Shown one piece after another: positions 1 to 9,795 of a stretch of DNA of 64,000 nucleotides (the first letter of the stretch is position 1; every line of letters starts with the position of its first letter). Source of the DNA: Nitrospirota bacterium (GTDB lineage: Bacteria > Nitrospirota > Nitrospiria > 2-01-FULL-66-17); assembly GCA_049325335.1 (NCBI GenBank), contig JBMOMC010000002.1, forward strand, positions 96,001 through 160,000, read 5' to 3'. The notes beneath the pieces were generated by a model. It did not search any database. It was given only the letters and a program-made list of their open reading frames with translations, and was not told the DNA's origin. The translations under genes and the position numbers were made by a program.

Positions 1-262
1 CCTGAAGCGTGGCGGTGTCGAATGTGCCGCGGTGTCGCGATCAACACCCGTCGCGGCTTAATGCCAGAACAATGCCACCGTGTGTCGTTGATCTCGGCGT
101 GGAAAACGCGGTGGGTTCATCAGAATATGCCGAAAATCCGTCGCGAGTGCCGGGTTTTGGCGTCACTGTTTCGCCGGGCGCTCTCCCCGTGAAATGGGAG
201 GGGATCTGTTCGCGTCGGGTGATTCAAGAAGGAGGCGGTGAGTCGTCGCGACGTGTCATGAT

Positions 263-296
263 AAGGGCCCGTCGGTGGAGTGTCCGACGGGCCCTT
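263..296. terminator. Hairpin downstream of yceI (probable terminator)
   Basis: Perfect 13-bp stem AAGGGCCCGTCGG...CCGACGGGCCCTT about 30 nt past the yceI stop. Confidence 0.6.
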
Positions 297-328
297 GGGC
301 CACGGGTTGGAACCGAGAGGGGAGTGGA

Positions 329-946
329 TTACTTCGACGGTTTTTCCTGAATAGCCTCGATCTCCAATTTGATCTTCACCGTATCACCCACCACGAGGCC
401 GCCCTTATCCAAGGTCTTGGTCCACTGCATGCCGAAATCTTTGCGGTTGATGACGCCTTCGCCGCTAAATCCCACACGGGTATTCCCGTACGGGTCGGCC
501 ACCGCCCCGTTGAACGTCCCGGTGAGCGTCATCTCTTTTGTGACGCCGAGCAGGGTGAGGTCACCGATCGCGGTGTACTGATCGCCCGCCTTGGTGTACC
601 TCTTCATTTTGTACGTCATGGTCGGGTGTTTGGCGACGTGAAAGAAGTCGGGACTCTTCAAATGGTCGTCTCGTTTTTTGTGGTTGGTGGTCACGGAAGC
701 GGTCTGGATCACCGCGTCGATGGATTTAACCTCTTTCGTGTCGGGGTCCATGACCACCGATCCCGACAACTCCGTAAATCGCCCGGTGGTCCGGGAGACC
801 ACCATATGGGCCACGTCGAACCCGACGATCGAGTGGTCGAGGTCCACGTTGAACCGCGCAACCTCGGCATACACGGCGTTCGGAAGCCACGCAACGGCCG
901 CCGCGACCGCAAACAGACGCGCCCATCCTGGGAAAACGTGACTCAT
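329..946 (-). CDS. yceI: YceI family periplasmic lipid/polyisoprenoid-binding protein
   Basis: Signal peptide; motifs DLDHSIVGF, HMVVS, RDDHLKSPDFF, GDLTLLGVTK, INRKDFGM; start set at ATG 946 behind GGAGGA. Confidence 0.9.
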   Translation of the reverse strand: MSHVFPGWARLFAVAAAVAWLPNAVYAEVARFNVDLDHSIVGFDVAHMVVSRTTGRFTELSGSVVMDPDTKEVKSIDAVIQTASVTTNHKKRDDHLKSPDFFHVAKHPTMTYKMKRYTKAGDQYTAIGDLTLLGVTKEMTLTGTFNGAVADPYGNTRVGFSGEGVINRKDFGMQWTKTLDKGGLVVGDTVKIKLEIEAIQEKPSK

Positions 947-996
947 CGTGTCCTCCTGTGCCTGTTGTCCTTGGTGTGTGGCGTCGAAGCCGAGGG

Positions 997-1026
997 ATGC
1001 TAGCCATGAGGACATGAGCTTGTCAA
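997..1026 (-). promoter_or_regulatory. sigma70-type promoter for yceI
   Basis: TTGACA-N18-TAGCAT on minus strand. Confidence 0.45.
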
Positions 1027-1089
1027 GCGGGCCCGCGCGACGCGTCGGGGAGTTGACAGGCGAGCGGAAGCTGGTATGTCCATACCATC

Positions 1090-1932
1090 ATGACGATGAT
1101 TCACGGCGCGGATGGAGCCGCTAGGCGGCGCCCCAACAAATGGTTCGTGGCCGTGTGGCGCGCGATCTGCAAGTGGAGCGTGCGTCCCGTTGCGGACCGA
1201 GGCGATGTGCGTGAGACGCGGGCCCCCCGCGCCGCGGCCGGTTATACCGTGGATCTCGCCGAAGCGTTGCAGGTTCTTCGGCACGCCGGGTATCCGGAAC
1301 CGCCCAACCACGTCCGATCCGAGAATGCCCGAATCGAATACGTGTTGCACGCCTTGTGCGAATTGACGATCCATGACGGCTTGACCGGTCTGGTCAACGC
1401 CCGGCAGTTCATGACCGTGTTGGAACAGGAGGTGGAACGATCGTTCCGGACCGGACAGCCGTGTTCATTGCTGCTGATCGACTTGGATCATTTTAAGGCG
1501 ATCAACGATCACCGCGGGCACGTGGCCGGCGATCAAGCGCTTCGGATGGTGGGGCGTGTGATGAAGTCCGGAACACGCACCATGGACACTGCGGCACGCT
1601 ACGGCGGCGAGGAGTTCGCGGTGCTGCTCCCGAACACGTCGCGGGACAGCGCCGCGAAAATCGCCGAGCGACTCAGATGTCACATCGCGCAGGAGGCGGT
1701 GCCGGTCGAGGGCGGCGCGTTCCACGTGACGTGCAGCATCGGCATGGCCTGTCTGAGTGGTCAAGCCCGTCGCACCGGAACGGAATTCATCGCGATGGCC
1801 GACGAACAGCTCTACCGCGCGAAACACCAGGGCCGGAACCAAGTGTGCTGCGACGAGGAACCCGCGCTCGCGCTGACTCCGAACGAGCGGCTGGCCTTGT
1901 CGAATCGAACCCGCGGCACGGAGGGGATGTGA
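1090..1932 (+). CDS. Diguanylate cyclase (GGDEF)
   Basis: DGLTGLVN, DLDHFKAIND, RxxD I-site plus RYGGEEF, LYRAKHQGRN; start uncertain. Confidence 0.9.
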   Translation: MTMIHGADGAARRRPNKWFVAVWRAICKWSVRPVADRGDVRETRAPRAAAGYTVDLAEALQVLRHAGYPEPPNHVRSENARIEYVLHALCELTIHDGLTGLVNARQFMTVLEQEVERSFRTGQPCSLLLIDLDHFKAINDHRGHVAGDQALRMVGRVMKSGTRTMDTAARYGGEEFAVLLPNTSRDSAAKIAERLRCHIAQEAVPVEGGAFHVTCSIGMACLSGQARRTGTEFIAMADEQLYRAKHQGRNQVCCDEEPALALTPNERLALSNRTRGTEGM

Positions 1933-2744
1933 TGAGCACAACCATGCAACGGGCCCGCGTCATCGCGGTGACCAGTGGGAAAGGCGGCGTCGGCAAAACG
2001 CTCCTCACCGCCAACCTGAGTTATTGTCTGGCGCAGGCCGGTCACGCGGTGTTGGTGGTGGACGCGGATTTTGGTCTGGCCAATCTGGACATCATGCTTA
2101 ATCTCAGTCCGTCGGCCACGCTCCATGACGTCATCGTCGGCGCCAAATCGCTCGACGAGGTGATCATCGACGGACCCGGCGGCATCCGGATCGTGCCGGC
2201 CGCGTCCGGGATGGCCGAGTACACTCGGATGTCCGCGGACTTTCGGGACGCGTTGGTGGAGACGCTCGCCGCGCTCGCCGCGCGGTACGACTACGTGTTG
2301 CTCGATACCGGCGCCGGGATTTCCGACGCGGTGTTGTACACCACGTCGTTGGCGGATGAGGTGATCATTGTGGCGACGCCGGACCCGACCGCCATGACCG
2401 ACGCGTATGCCGCGGTGAAACTCATTGCGGGGCAACAGCGGCGGTCATGGCTGTGGTTGTTGGTCAATCAGGCGTCCGACGCCGCGACCGGTACGCGCAT
2501 CGCACAGCAACTTCAGCGCGTAGTCGATCAGTTTCTGCAACCGCAACTGGGGCGTCCGGTCCGGTTGTCCCCTCTGGCCGTGATTCCCGCGGACCCCCGA
2601 GCCGGGCAGTCCGTCTGCGCGCAGCAACTCTTGACGGCCGTGGCCCGGGACTCGAAGGCCGCGCTCGCCATCGCGGACGCGGCCCAACGCCTTCAGGTTC
2701 CTCCGGGGGAATCCGCCGTACCGCGTGTCGCCAACCAACGGTGA
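1932..2744 (+). CDS. MinD/FlhG(FleN)-like ATPase
   Basis: SGKGGVGKT deviant Walker A, DADFGLANLD, LDTGAGIS, PDPTAMTDAYA; ATG overlaps upstream TGA. Confidence 0.88.
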   Translation: MSTTMQRARVIAVTSGKGGVGKTLLTANLSYCLAQAGHAVLVVDADFGLANLDIMLNLSPSATLHDVIVGAKSLDEVIIDGPGGIRIVPAASGMAEYTRMSADFRDALVETLAALAARYDYVLLDTGAGISDAVLYTTSLADEVIIVATPDPTAMTDAYAAVKLIAGQQRRSWLWLLVNQASDAATGTRIAQQLQRVVDQFLQPQLGRPVRLSPLAVIPADPRAGQSVCAQQLLTAVARDSKAALAIADAAQRLQVPPGESAVPRVANQR

Positions 2745-2862
2745 CGGGGTCCGCCGGCGCGCGATTTGACGGCCTGACGGGCGGGCGGTACCTTTCCGGT
2801 ACGCGGGTATCCGAGATGGGGATGTGTCGCGCGGAGAACGGCTCCGCGCAGGGAGGAACCAC

Positions 2863-4137
2863 ATGACGGTACGTCACGTCGTCGCCGTTGTTTCGGCCGC
2901 CTGGGGCGTGGTTGCCTTGGGCGCGTTAGCGGGCCTTGCCGCGCTGTTCGTTCGATCGGGATCGGTCAGCGCTCCGGCATCGGTCGCCAGTCTTGCCGCG
3001 GTGGCCGGCGCGCTCGCCGCGTTGACCGTGATCGCCATTGGTCTGGCGGCCAGACGCCTGTTCGATCCGATGGCGCGGGCGCTCGCGGATCGGTGGTTGG
3101 ACGCGCAACGCTCCGCGCGCGAATTGGAGCGTTCCCACAAAGAATTCGCGATCGTGGCCCGTTACGCGGATTCCTGTACGAAGTTCCAAGACTCCGCGGA
3201 ACTTTACCGGAATCTGACCCATCACATGGCGCAAACGGTCGGCGCCGGCGTGTGTTTCATCATGCGATATGAAAAGGCGTCCAACCGCATGGTGGGTCAA
3301 GCCCCGGGATACGGGATCGCGGAGGAGGCCATCAAGTCGATCCAGTATGCGGTGACCCCTGCAGTCAAGGCCGTCTGGAACTTCTCGACCCAGGGGAGCC
3401 TGCTCAGTAACGATCCGCAAGGAGACCGGCGTATCTTGCCCGAGATCACCACCGCATTGGGGCTCTACAACTGCCTGGTGGTCCCGTTCTTTTTCCAGGG
3501 GCGCGTGGCCGGCCTTGTGGTGGCTGCGAATAAACCGCGCTGGTTTACCTACGATGAGGTGCGGATGCTGAGCGCGTTTTCGAGCTACACGTCGCTGGCA
3601 GTGGCCAACCAACAACTGCAGCAGGAAATGCGGCGGACCATTCGTGACGGCCTCACCGGGTTGTATGCCGCGCATTACTTCCGCGGGTTGTTGGATCAGG
3701 CCATCGCGGCCCAGGAGGCCGGGGGCCGCCACGTCTCGGTGTTGGCGGTGGCCATCGATAATTTTCAGGCGTGCCTGGAGTTGTACGGTCGCTCCGGCGC
3801 GGATCGGATCGTCAAGGAAGTGGCGTCGCGCCTGCTCGGTTACGTGGGCGCCGACGGGTACGTGGCGCGGTACGGAGCCCAGGAGTTCGTGATGGCGTGG
3901 CTGGGCCGAGACGGGAACGACCCGACGACCGCGGCGGAACGGATCCGCGGGCTGGTTGAGGAACACCCGGTTGCCGTCGACACCGGGATTCCGTTTGCCG
4001 TCACCGTGAGCATCGGGGTGGCGTCCGCCACCGTTCCGGTCGCTTCCGAACGACTGCTCCACGCGGCCCAGAGCGCGTTGCGTCGAGCCAACCAGAGCGG
4101 GAAGAACCACATCGTGACGGCCGGCGTCGACGCATAA
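2863..4137 (+). CDS. Membrane-anchored GAF + degenerate GGDEF protein
   Basis: Two N-terminal TM segments, GAF (CLVVPFFFQGRVAGLVVAANK), DGLTGL...RYGAQEF; GGAGG RBS. Confidence 0.8.
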   Translation: MTVRHVVAVVSAAWGVVALGALAGLAALFVRSGSVSAPASVASLAAVAGALAALTVIAIGLAARRLFDPMARALADRWLDAQRSARELERSHKEFAIVARYADSCTKFQDSAELYRNLTHHMAQTVGAGVCFIMRYEKASNRMVGQAPGYGIAEEAIKSIQYAVTPAVKAVWNFSTQGSLLSNDPQGDRRILPEITTALGLYNCLVVPFFFQGRVAGLVVAANKPRWFTYDEVRMLSAFSSYTSLAVANQQLQQEMRRTIRDGLTGLYAAHYFRGLLDQAIAAQEAGGRHVSVLAVAIDNFQACLELYGRSGADRIVKEVASRLLGYVGADGYVARYGAQEFVMAWLGRDGNDPTTAAERIRGLVEEHPVAVDTGIPFAVTVSIGVASATVPVASERLLHAAQSALRRANQSGKNHIVTAGVDA

Positions 4138-4234
4138 GCGTTCCCTTTTCCAGCTTCACGAGCCAGCCCACGAACGTCTCGCCGGATACACCCGCCGTCT
4201 CCGTAGTACAATAGGCCGCACAGGAGGGCGGGTG

Positions 4235-4621
4235 ATGAACGGATCGATGTGGATCGGCCTGTTGGCCGCGGCGATGATTGTGGTGGGTGGTGCGCCTGAG
4301 GTGGGCGCGGCGGATCTGACGACCATTCACGGTCCGCAACTTGAGGCATTGATGGCCGACGGCCGGCCGCTAACGGTCGTGGACGTTCGGGAGCCCGAGT
4401 TGTTCGCCGCCGGGCACATTCCGGGCGCCGTGAATATCCCGTACGACGACGCCAGGCCGCGCATCGTTCGGGACCTGTCGCCAGACGAACGGATCGTGTT
4501 CGTCTGCCACGGCGGCCCAATGGGTGATGAACTGGGTGCCCTGCTTGCGGCTCGCGGGTATGGCTCCGTCTACAACCTCGCGGGCGGCATGAAAAAGTGG
4601 CGAGGCGCCGTGGTGAAGTAG
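4235..4621 (+). CDS. Exported rhodanese-domain protein
   Basis: Signal peptide; DVREPELFAAGHIPGAVNIP, active-site CHGG, LAGGMKKW. Confidence 0.88.
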   Translation: MNGSMWIGLLAAAMIVVGGAPEVGAADLTTIHGPQLEALMADGRPLTVVDVREPELFAAGHIPGAVNIPYDDARPRIVRDLSPDERIVFVCHGGPMGDELGALLAARGYGSVYNLAGGMKKWRGAVVK

Positions 4622-4654
4622 CGGAGCCCCGTTCGAGGCGGGCCGCGTCGGGTG

Positions 4655-5572
4655 TTAGAACGTGACGTAGACGTCCACGAGGCCTCCGGCGCCGCTCTCC
4701 TTGCCGGTTCGTTCAAAGTTCGTGACCACCACCCCCGCGGTCACGCCCCACGAATCAGCCAGGAAGCGGATGCCGGGCACGAACGACAGCGCGTCATCCG
4801 GCTCGTGCGCCGCGCTCCGGCGGGCGGATGTACCGCTTGCCTCCGCGATGAGTTGCAGTTCTCCGGCATCTTCCAACAATCCGGCCCGACCCAGGGGAAC
4901 CACGACCGCCACCCCATACACCAGGGCGGAGTCGGATTCCGGACGGCCGGGGTCGCGCCAGAATCCTCCCAACTCGGTTACCACCGACCACCGGTGTTCG
5001 CCGGAGGCCAGGTCGAGTTCTCCCGACAGCGTGGCCAGATACCCGTTGGTGCTGACGCTGCCGATCTCCAGTTTGTCCGCGGTTTCGCCCACCCAGGTGG
5101 CGGAGGCGGCGAGCGCGGGACGCCAACCGCGTTGATTCCACACCCGATGTTTCACCGAGAGGGTGGTGTCCCCGACGCCGTCGGTCGACACGTCGTTCGC
5201 CTGAACATTGACGTACGGGGCGGTGACGGCCGCCTCGATGCGCGCCGGGAGCCCCACTGCCACGGCCCATCGGATCTGGGTAAGGGCATCGGCCGCCGGG
5301 TCCTCTCCCAAAAGGATGTCCACGCGGTTGCCGACGCTTCCGGAGGCGCCGTAGGCCATGAGCCCGACACGGCCCTGCCCCGGGGCCAACACCTCGGGCG
5401 AGTTGACGGTGATCGCGCCGGTGTATCCCAACACCGTGGGCGCCGGGGCAAACGGCCCGGCCGTGCCGGGCCGCGGCGTTGCTGCGATCGCCAACAACAG
5501 GAGGAGCAGAGTGAATCGGCGCCGACGTATCAACCGTGTGGTCATTAGGGGTCCCGGGTATCCCGTCAACAT
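4655..5572 (-). CDS. Putative outer-membrane beta-barrel protein
   Basis: Signal peptide, GVGDTTLSVKHR motif, alternating beta-strand pattern, C-terminal VYVTF; alternative start 5545. Confidence 0.6.
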   Translation of the reverse strand: MLTGYPGPLMTTRLIRRRRFTLLLLLLAIAATPRPGTAGPFAPAPTVLGYTGAITVNSPEVLAPGQGRVGLMAYGASGSVGNRVDILLGEDPAADALTQIRWAVAVGLPARIEAAVTAPYVNVQANDVSTDGVGDTTLSVKHRVWNQRGWRPALAASATWVGETADKLEIGSVSTNGYLATLSGELDLASGEHRWSVVTELGGFWRDPGRPESDSALVYGVAVVVPLGRAGLLEDAGELQLIAEASGTSARRSAAHEPDDALSFVPGIRFLADSWGVTAGVVVTNFERTGKESGAGGLVDVYVTF

Positions 5573-5751
5573 GGCGTGTAACCGCCGGGCGATCGTAGCC
5601 AGGGGGCCATCGACGTGTCAAGGGGTTCGCCGTCGATCGCGGGGCGGCGCCCGTGTATGGACGATGCGGCACGCTGGTCCGCGGTCGAGTTGACGGATCG
5701 CCACGCTGTGCGTACTCTCTTCTCCCGTCACCTCATGGGAGGAGTGGCGGC

Positions 5752-6138
5752 ATGCAAAACCGCATCGTGATCCATTTCGGCGACGGCCGCATCGTCAAAG
5801 GCAGCACCGGGGACTTTTTCCCGAACAAACAGTGGTTTCACTTGGTGGAGAAGGACAGCGGCAAGTCCAATCGCATCGACGTCGCCAAGCTCAAGGGGAT
5901 TTTTTTCGTCAAAGACTACGACGGCCAACCGGAATACCGGCATTGCAACGACGTGGAGCGATCCGGGCTTGGGAAACGGGTGAAAGTCAGTTTTAAAGAC
6001 GGGGAATCGATCGTAGGGTATACCTCGGGGTTTTCTCCGACCAAACCGGGTTTTTTCCTCTTTCCCGCGGATGGGAACGGGAACACGGAAAAAATCTTTG
6101 TGGTCAGCGTGGCCACCGAGGAAATCAGTTTTTTGTGA
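5752..6138 (+). CDS. Small hypothetical protein with internal duplication (DUF6982-like)
   Basis: Repeated V.F.DG..V.G motif (IHFGDGRIVKG / VSFKDGESIVG); GGAG RBS. Confidence 0.7.
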   Translation: MQNRIVIHFGDGRIVKGSTGDFFPNKQWFHLVEKDSGKSNRIDVAKLKGIFFVKDYDGQPEYRHCNDVERSGLGKRVKVSFKDGESIVGYTSGFSPTKPGFFLFPADGNGNTEKIFVVSVATEEISFL

Positions 6139-6193
6139 GAGACCTCGCGGCCGGACGCCCTGCACCCCGCGCTCGAATGCACCATCGGGCGTC

Positions 6194-7177
6194 ATGTCCG
6201 GTGCCAACATGACACGAAGCGTCGTCCAGCCCCAACTGATGTCCGCGTTGAACGCGGCGAACAACGACGAGTTCCGCTTCGCCCTGATCTGCGGCATCTT
6301 GGAGGCGTCGCCCGACGGCATTCTCGTCGTGGATGATCAGGACCGGATTGTCACGCACAACCGGCGCATGCTGCACGTCTGGGACATCCCGGAGACCGAC
6401 TTGCCGGGAGCTCGCGACGGCGTGGCGGAAGGGATCGACGATCACCACCTGTTATCGCGCGTGCTTTCTCGGGTGGCGAATCCGGACGCGTTCCTGGCTC
6501 GGGTGAAGGAACTGTACGCCGATCCCAAGGCGGACGATCATTGCGAAATCGAGCTCAAGGACGGTCGGACGCTCGATCGGCATTCCACCGGGTTGTGGAA
6601 CCAAGCTGGGAAATACCTGGGGCGGGTATGGTTTTTCCGCGACATTACGCAGCGCAAGGCGACCGAAGCCGCGCTGAAAGACCTTGCGCAGACCGATTCG
6701 CTCACTGGGGTGGCGAACCGGCGGCACTTCTTGCTGCGCGCGAACGAGGAGTTCAGCCGCGCGAAACGGTTCGGTCGGCACCTCTCGGTGATCATGATCG
6801 ACCTCGATCACTTCAAGGCCGTCAACGACCGATGGGGCCACGCCGGGGGCGACGAGGTCCTCAAGGCGTTTTGCGCCGCGTGGAGTGCGATCGTGCGACG
6901 CGGCGATGTGCTGGCGCGGATGGGCGGAGAGGAATTTGCGTGGCTGTTGTCAGAAACCGGACGGGAGAAAGCGTGTCTGGCGGCCGAGAAGCTCCGTCGC
7001 GTGGCGGCCACGATCGCCGTCCCCCGCGACGGCGACGTGATCACGTTTACGATCAGCGCGGGGGTTGCGACCATGGCGCCGACCGATCGAACGGTCGAAG
7101 ACGCCGTGGCGCGGGCCGACGCGGCGTTGTATCACGCCAAAGCCAACGGCCGTAACCGCACCGAGTCCGACGCCTAA
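6194..7177 (+). CDS. PAS-domain diguanylate cyclase
   Basis: ILEASPDGILVVD PAS, RDITQRK, DSLTGVANRR, RxxD plus RMGGEEF; start 6194 or 6209. Confidence 0.9.
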   Translation: MSGANMTRSVVQPQLMSALNAANNDEFRFALICGILEASPDGILVVDDQDRIVTHNRRMLHVWDIPETDLPGARDGVAEGIDDHHLLSRVLSRVANPDAFLARVKELYADPKADDHCEIELKDGRTLDRHSTGLWNQAGKYLGRVWFFRDITQRKATEAALKDLAQTDSLTGVANRRHFLLRANEEFSRAKRFGRHLSVIMIDLDHFKAVNDRWGHAGGDEVLKAFCAAWSAIVRRGDVLARMGGEEFAWLLSETGREKACLAAEKLRRVAATIAVPRDGDVITFTISAGVATMAPTDRTVEDAVARADAALYHAKANGRNRTESDA

Positions 7178-7197
7178 GCCGCGCGGTCCATCACGGA

Positions 7198-8853
7198 TCA
7201 GCGGGCCGGATACGGAGGCAAACTCCGCAGCCGCGGGTCATCAACCGGTCCACCCAGCGTGAAGTGATACAGACTCTGGTACTGGAGTGTCGTCAGTCCC
7301 AACACCCGGTGCATGGGGTCGTCGAAGAAACAGCCGATGCCTGTGCCGCGGATGCCCGTGGCCTCGGCCTCCAAGTATAGGACCTGGCCGACGATGCCGG
7401 TTTCCCAAAACAGCCTGGGATACGCCCATGCGCCGTCGCGCTGCAAGGGCCGCTCGAACTCCGCGATCATGCCGAGCGCAAAACAGCCGTCGGCCGCAAT
7501 CGCTTGATGGCAGGAGACTTGCTCGGCGACTTGCCGGGCATCCCCGGTGAGTAACCGATATAGCGGCAGGCCGTCAGGGCACGCCGCGGGTCGCTCCCAG
7601 GCGAACTCCGGCTTCATGGCCGCGCGGAGGGCCTCCGCCTGCCCGGGCTCTCGTACCAGCAGATAGAGTCCGGGGTCCAGGTCCTGGACGCGATGGACAA
7701 AGAGCGCTAAGTGAACGCGCGGTGTCCAGGGGAGCATGGTGAAGGGGAATTGACCGGGACCGGCCAAGGTCTTGCCCAGAATCTGGTAGAACGCCTCGCG
7801 TGTAATGCCGGTCCGGCCGTCGAACGCCACCGCGCTGCGACGTTGAAAAATCATGTGGCGGAACGGAATCGGCACGGTTCCGATCGCGCGCGGCGGGCCG
7901 GCAGGATGAGCGCTCTCAGCCCCATGAGCGGTTGGCGGCTTGCGGGCCGCGGCGCTCACGCGGTCGATGATGGGCCAGTCCACGTGATCGGGACTCAACG
8001 GATTGGGGCGACCGTGCCACGACACACTCGCGAACGCGGCGATCGCATCGCTCGGCACCGTCACCGCTCCGCGGGATTCGCCTTGTGGGTAGACCGCGAG
8101 CACGCAGTCGGGGTCCTCGGCTTCGGCGCCGTGAGGATCCCCGACGCCGAGCAACGCCGCCACCTCGTCGCTGCTCAAATCATCCAGGAGGGTTGCCTGC
8201 CAGCCCAAACCCGCGGCCGCCAGGCTCACGGCGGCCATGGCGTGTCCCACGTCGTGCTGGCAATAGCGGTACGCCCGCTCGCCGTACTTCCACGCTTCCC
8301 GCCAATGGACCGACGTCAACCCAATCAACAACACCGCGCTCGGCAACTCCGCGGTCAAGGCTTGCCAGGTCTCCAACGGGACCTCGGCACGGCGTTCCAA
8401 CGCGTGTTCGGCGGGCGCGTAGTGGCACACCATCGGCGCAATGCACAATCCCTCGATCGGGCCGCAGATCAGGTACCCTTCAGTGGGATGGAGGTTGCCG
8501 CTGGACGGGTTGATCCGCAACGCCCATGACGAGTCCCCGGCCTGTTTCCAGGCGGAGAGCGCCAGGCTGTCCGAGAAGAGTTGCGACACGGTGCGATGCG
8601 TGAAGGGCTGCGGTACCACGTGGCCTGCGACAAACGCCGGCTCGTAGCGGGGGTCCGGAGTGGGCGCGACGTGCTCCAGCGTGATCAGCGTGGCGCCCGC
8701 GTACCGCCGAAACGGATCGGGCTGCGTGGCCCAGTCCAAGTGGCCGGGCCCGCGGGCATACGCGTGCAAGTGGTGCTTGGTTGCCTGGTGGTAGGCGATG
8801 ACTTCCGTGAGCGTATCAGACGTCACGCTGCCCTGGTCATCGCCGGTCGTCAT
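7198..8853 (-). CDS. SagB/ThcOx-family tandem nitroreductase-domain dehydrogenase
   Basis: YHQATKH, LRINPSSGNLHPTE, WKYGERAYRY, QRRSA, GIGCFFDD. Confidence 0.85.
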   Translation of the reverse strand: MTTGDDQGSVTSDTLTEVIAYHQATKHHLHAYARGPGHLDWATQPDPFRRYAGATLITLEHVAPTPDPRYEPAFVAGHVVPQPFTHRTVSQLFSDSLALSAWKQAGDSSWALRINPSSGNLHPTEGYLICGPIEGLCIAPMVCHYAPAEHALERRAEVPLETWQALTAELPSAVLLIGLTSVHWREAWKYGERAYRYCQHDVGHAMAAVSLAAAGLGWQATLLDDLSSDEVAALLGVGDPHGAEAEDPDCVLAVYPQGESRGAVTVPSDAIAAFASVSWHGRPNPLSPDHVDWPIIDRVSAAARKPPTAHGAESAHPAGPPRAIGTVPIPFRHMIFQRRSAVAFDGRTGITREAFYQILGKTLAGPGQFPFTMLPWTPRVHLALFVHRVQDLDPGLYLLVREPGQAEALRAAMKPEFAWERPAACPDGLPLYRLLTGDARQVAEQVSCHQAIAADGCFALGMIAEFERPLQRDGAWAYPRLFWETGIVGQVLYLEAEATGIRGTGIGCFFDDPMHRVLGLTTLQYQSLYHFTLGGPVDDPRLRSLPPYPAR

Positions 8854-8857
8854 GCCG

Positions 8858-9667
8858 TTATCCCGCGGTGATCACGTCATTGAGCAGCCGACACCCGGCA
8901 AAGAGTGTGGCCTCTTCGTCACGCATCCACCGGCTGATGGCGCCCAGGTAGACGAGTGTGTCCGCGACGGCTTTGATGTCGTGGATCCCGGTGTCCGATT
9001 GGGCAACCGTGGGATTCACCGGTTTGCTGCGATCAATCAGATACCGCAAGAGTTGTCGTTCCGGGCCATGACCAATCTCGGCCGCGAGGCGCTGTACAAA
9101 GGGTTCCCACTGAGGCCGGCCCGTTGCGATCGGATTGTCCCCGTAGTGAAGCAACAACTTGGTCAGATACGGATGGTTCCCGGTCCACGCAGCCAACGGG
9201 GGGGCAGTGTCTTTCCCGATCAGCCGTCGCGTTTCCCCATCAAGGAGGACCGAGAGGGGGAACAGGCGGAACGACACATCAGCCAACATCTGGGTGTCGC
9301 CCAAGAGCGTTCTCAGTCGGCGCCCACCGGTCACCACCAGGCTGGTTGGTTTCGCCGCGCACACTCGCGCGAGCAAGGGGGTGATCACCGAGTCAGTCAG
9401 CGCGTCGAGATTGTCCAGAACGATGATCGAACCAGGAGACCACTCAGTGTGTGGAGAAGGGATTTCAGCGAGGTCGACCTCGACGGTTGGGCGTGACAGT
9501 CCCTGCAGGGCGGTTCGGACCAGGGAGGTCTTACCCAGCTTCGGCCCGCCGATCACCGCCAGTGACTCGCCCTGCGCGATGCGCCAACGCAGGTTCCGCA
9601 CGAGGCCCTGCCGACCGATGAATGTGTCTCCGGTCGTGGGAACGGACGTGAAGGGTGTGATGAACAT
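8858..9667 (-). CDS. Short P-loop ATPase (AAA/STAND-like)
   Basis: FIGR, Walker A GGPKLGKTS, Walker B IIVLDNLD, TGNHPYL. Confidence 0.7.
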   Translation of the reverse strand: MFITPFTSVPTTGDTFIGRQGLVRNLRWRIAQGESLAVIGGPKLGKTSLVRTALQGLSRPTVEVDLAEIPSPHTEWSPGSIIVLDNLDALTDSVITPLLARVCAAKPTSLVVTGGRRLRTLLGDTQMLADVSFRLFPLSVLLDGETRRLIGKDTAPPLAAWTGNHPYLTKLLLHYGDNPIATGRPQWEPFVQRLAAEIGHGPERQLLRYLIDRSKPVNPTVAQSDTGIHDIKAVADTLVYLGAISRWMRDEEATLFAGCRLLNDVITAG

Positions 9668-9795
9668 GGCTCACTGTAGCACAGGTCACGCCGCGCTCGA
9701 TGTGCTCCGCCTCGCAGCTCCTCCACTGAATCCCTCGGATCGAAGGATTCGGTTTGCCGGCCGCCTCCGTCGTTGATTTGAGAACCGCATAAACC

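Noticed and set aside
7198..8853. SagB-type gene as part of a RiPP (azole) cluster
   Set aside because: No YcaO, precursor peptide or exporter nearby
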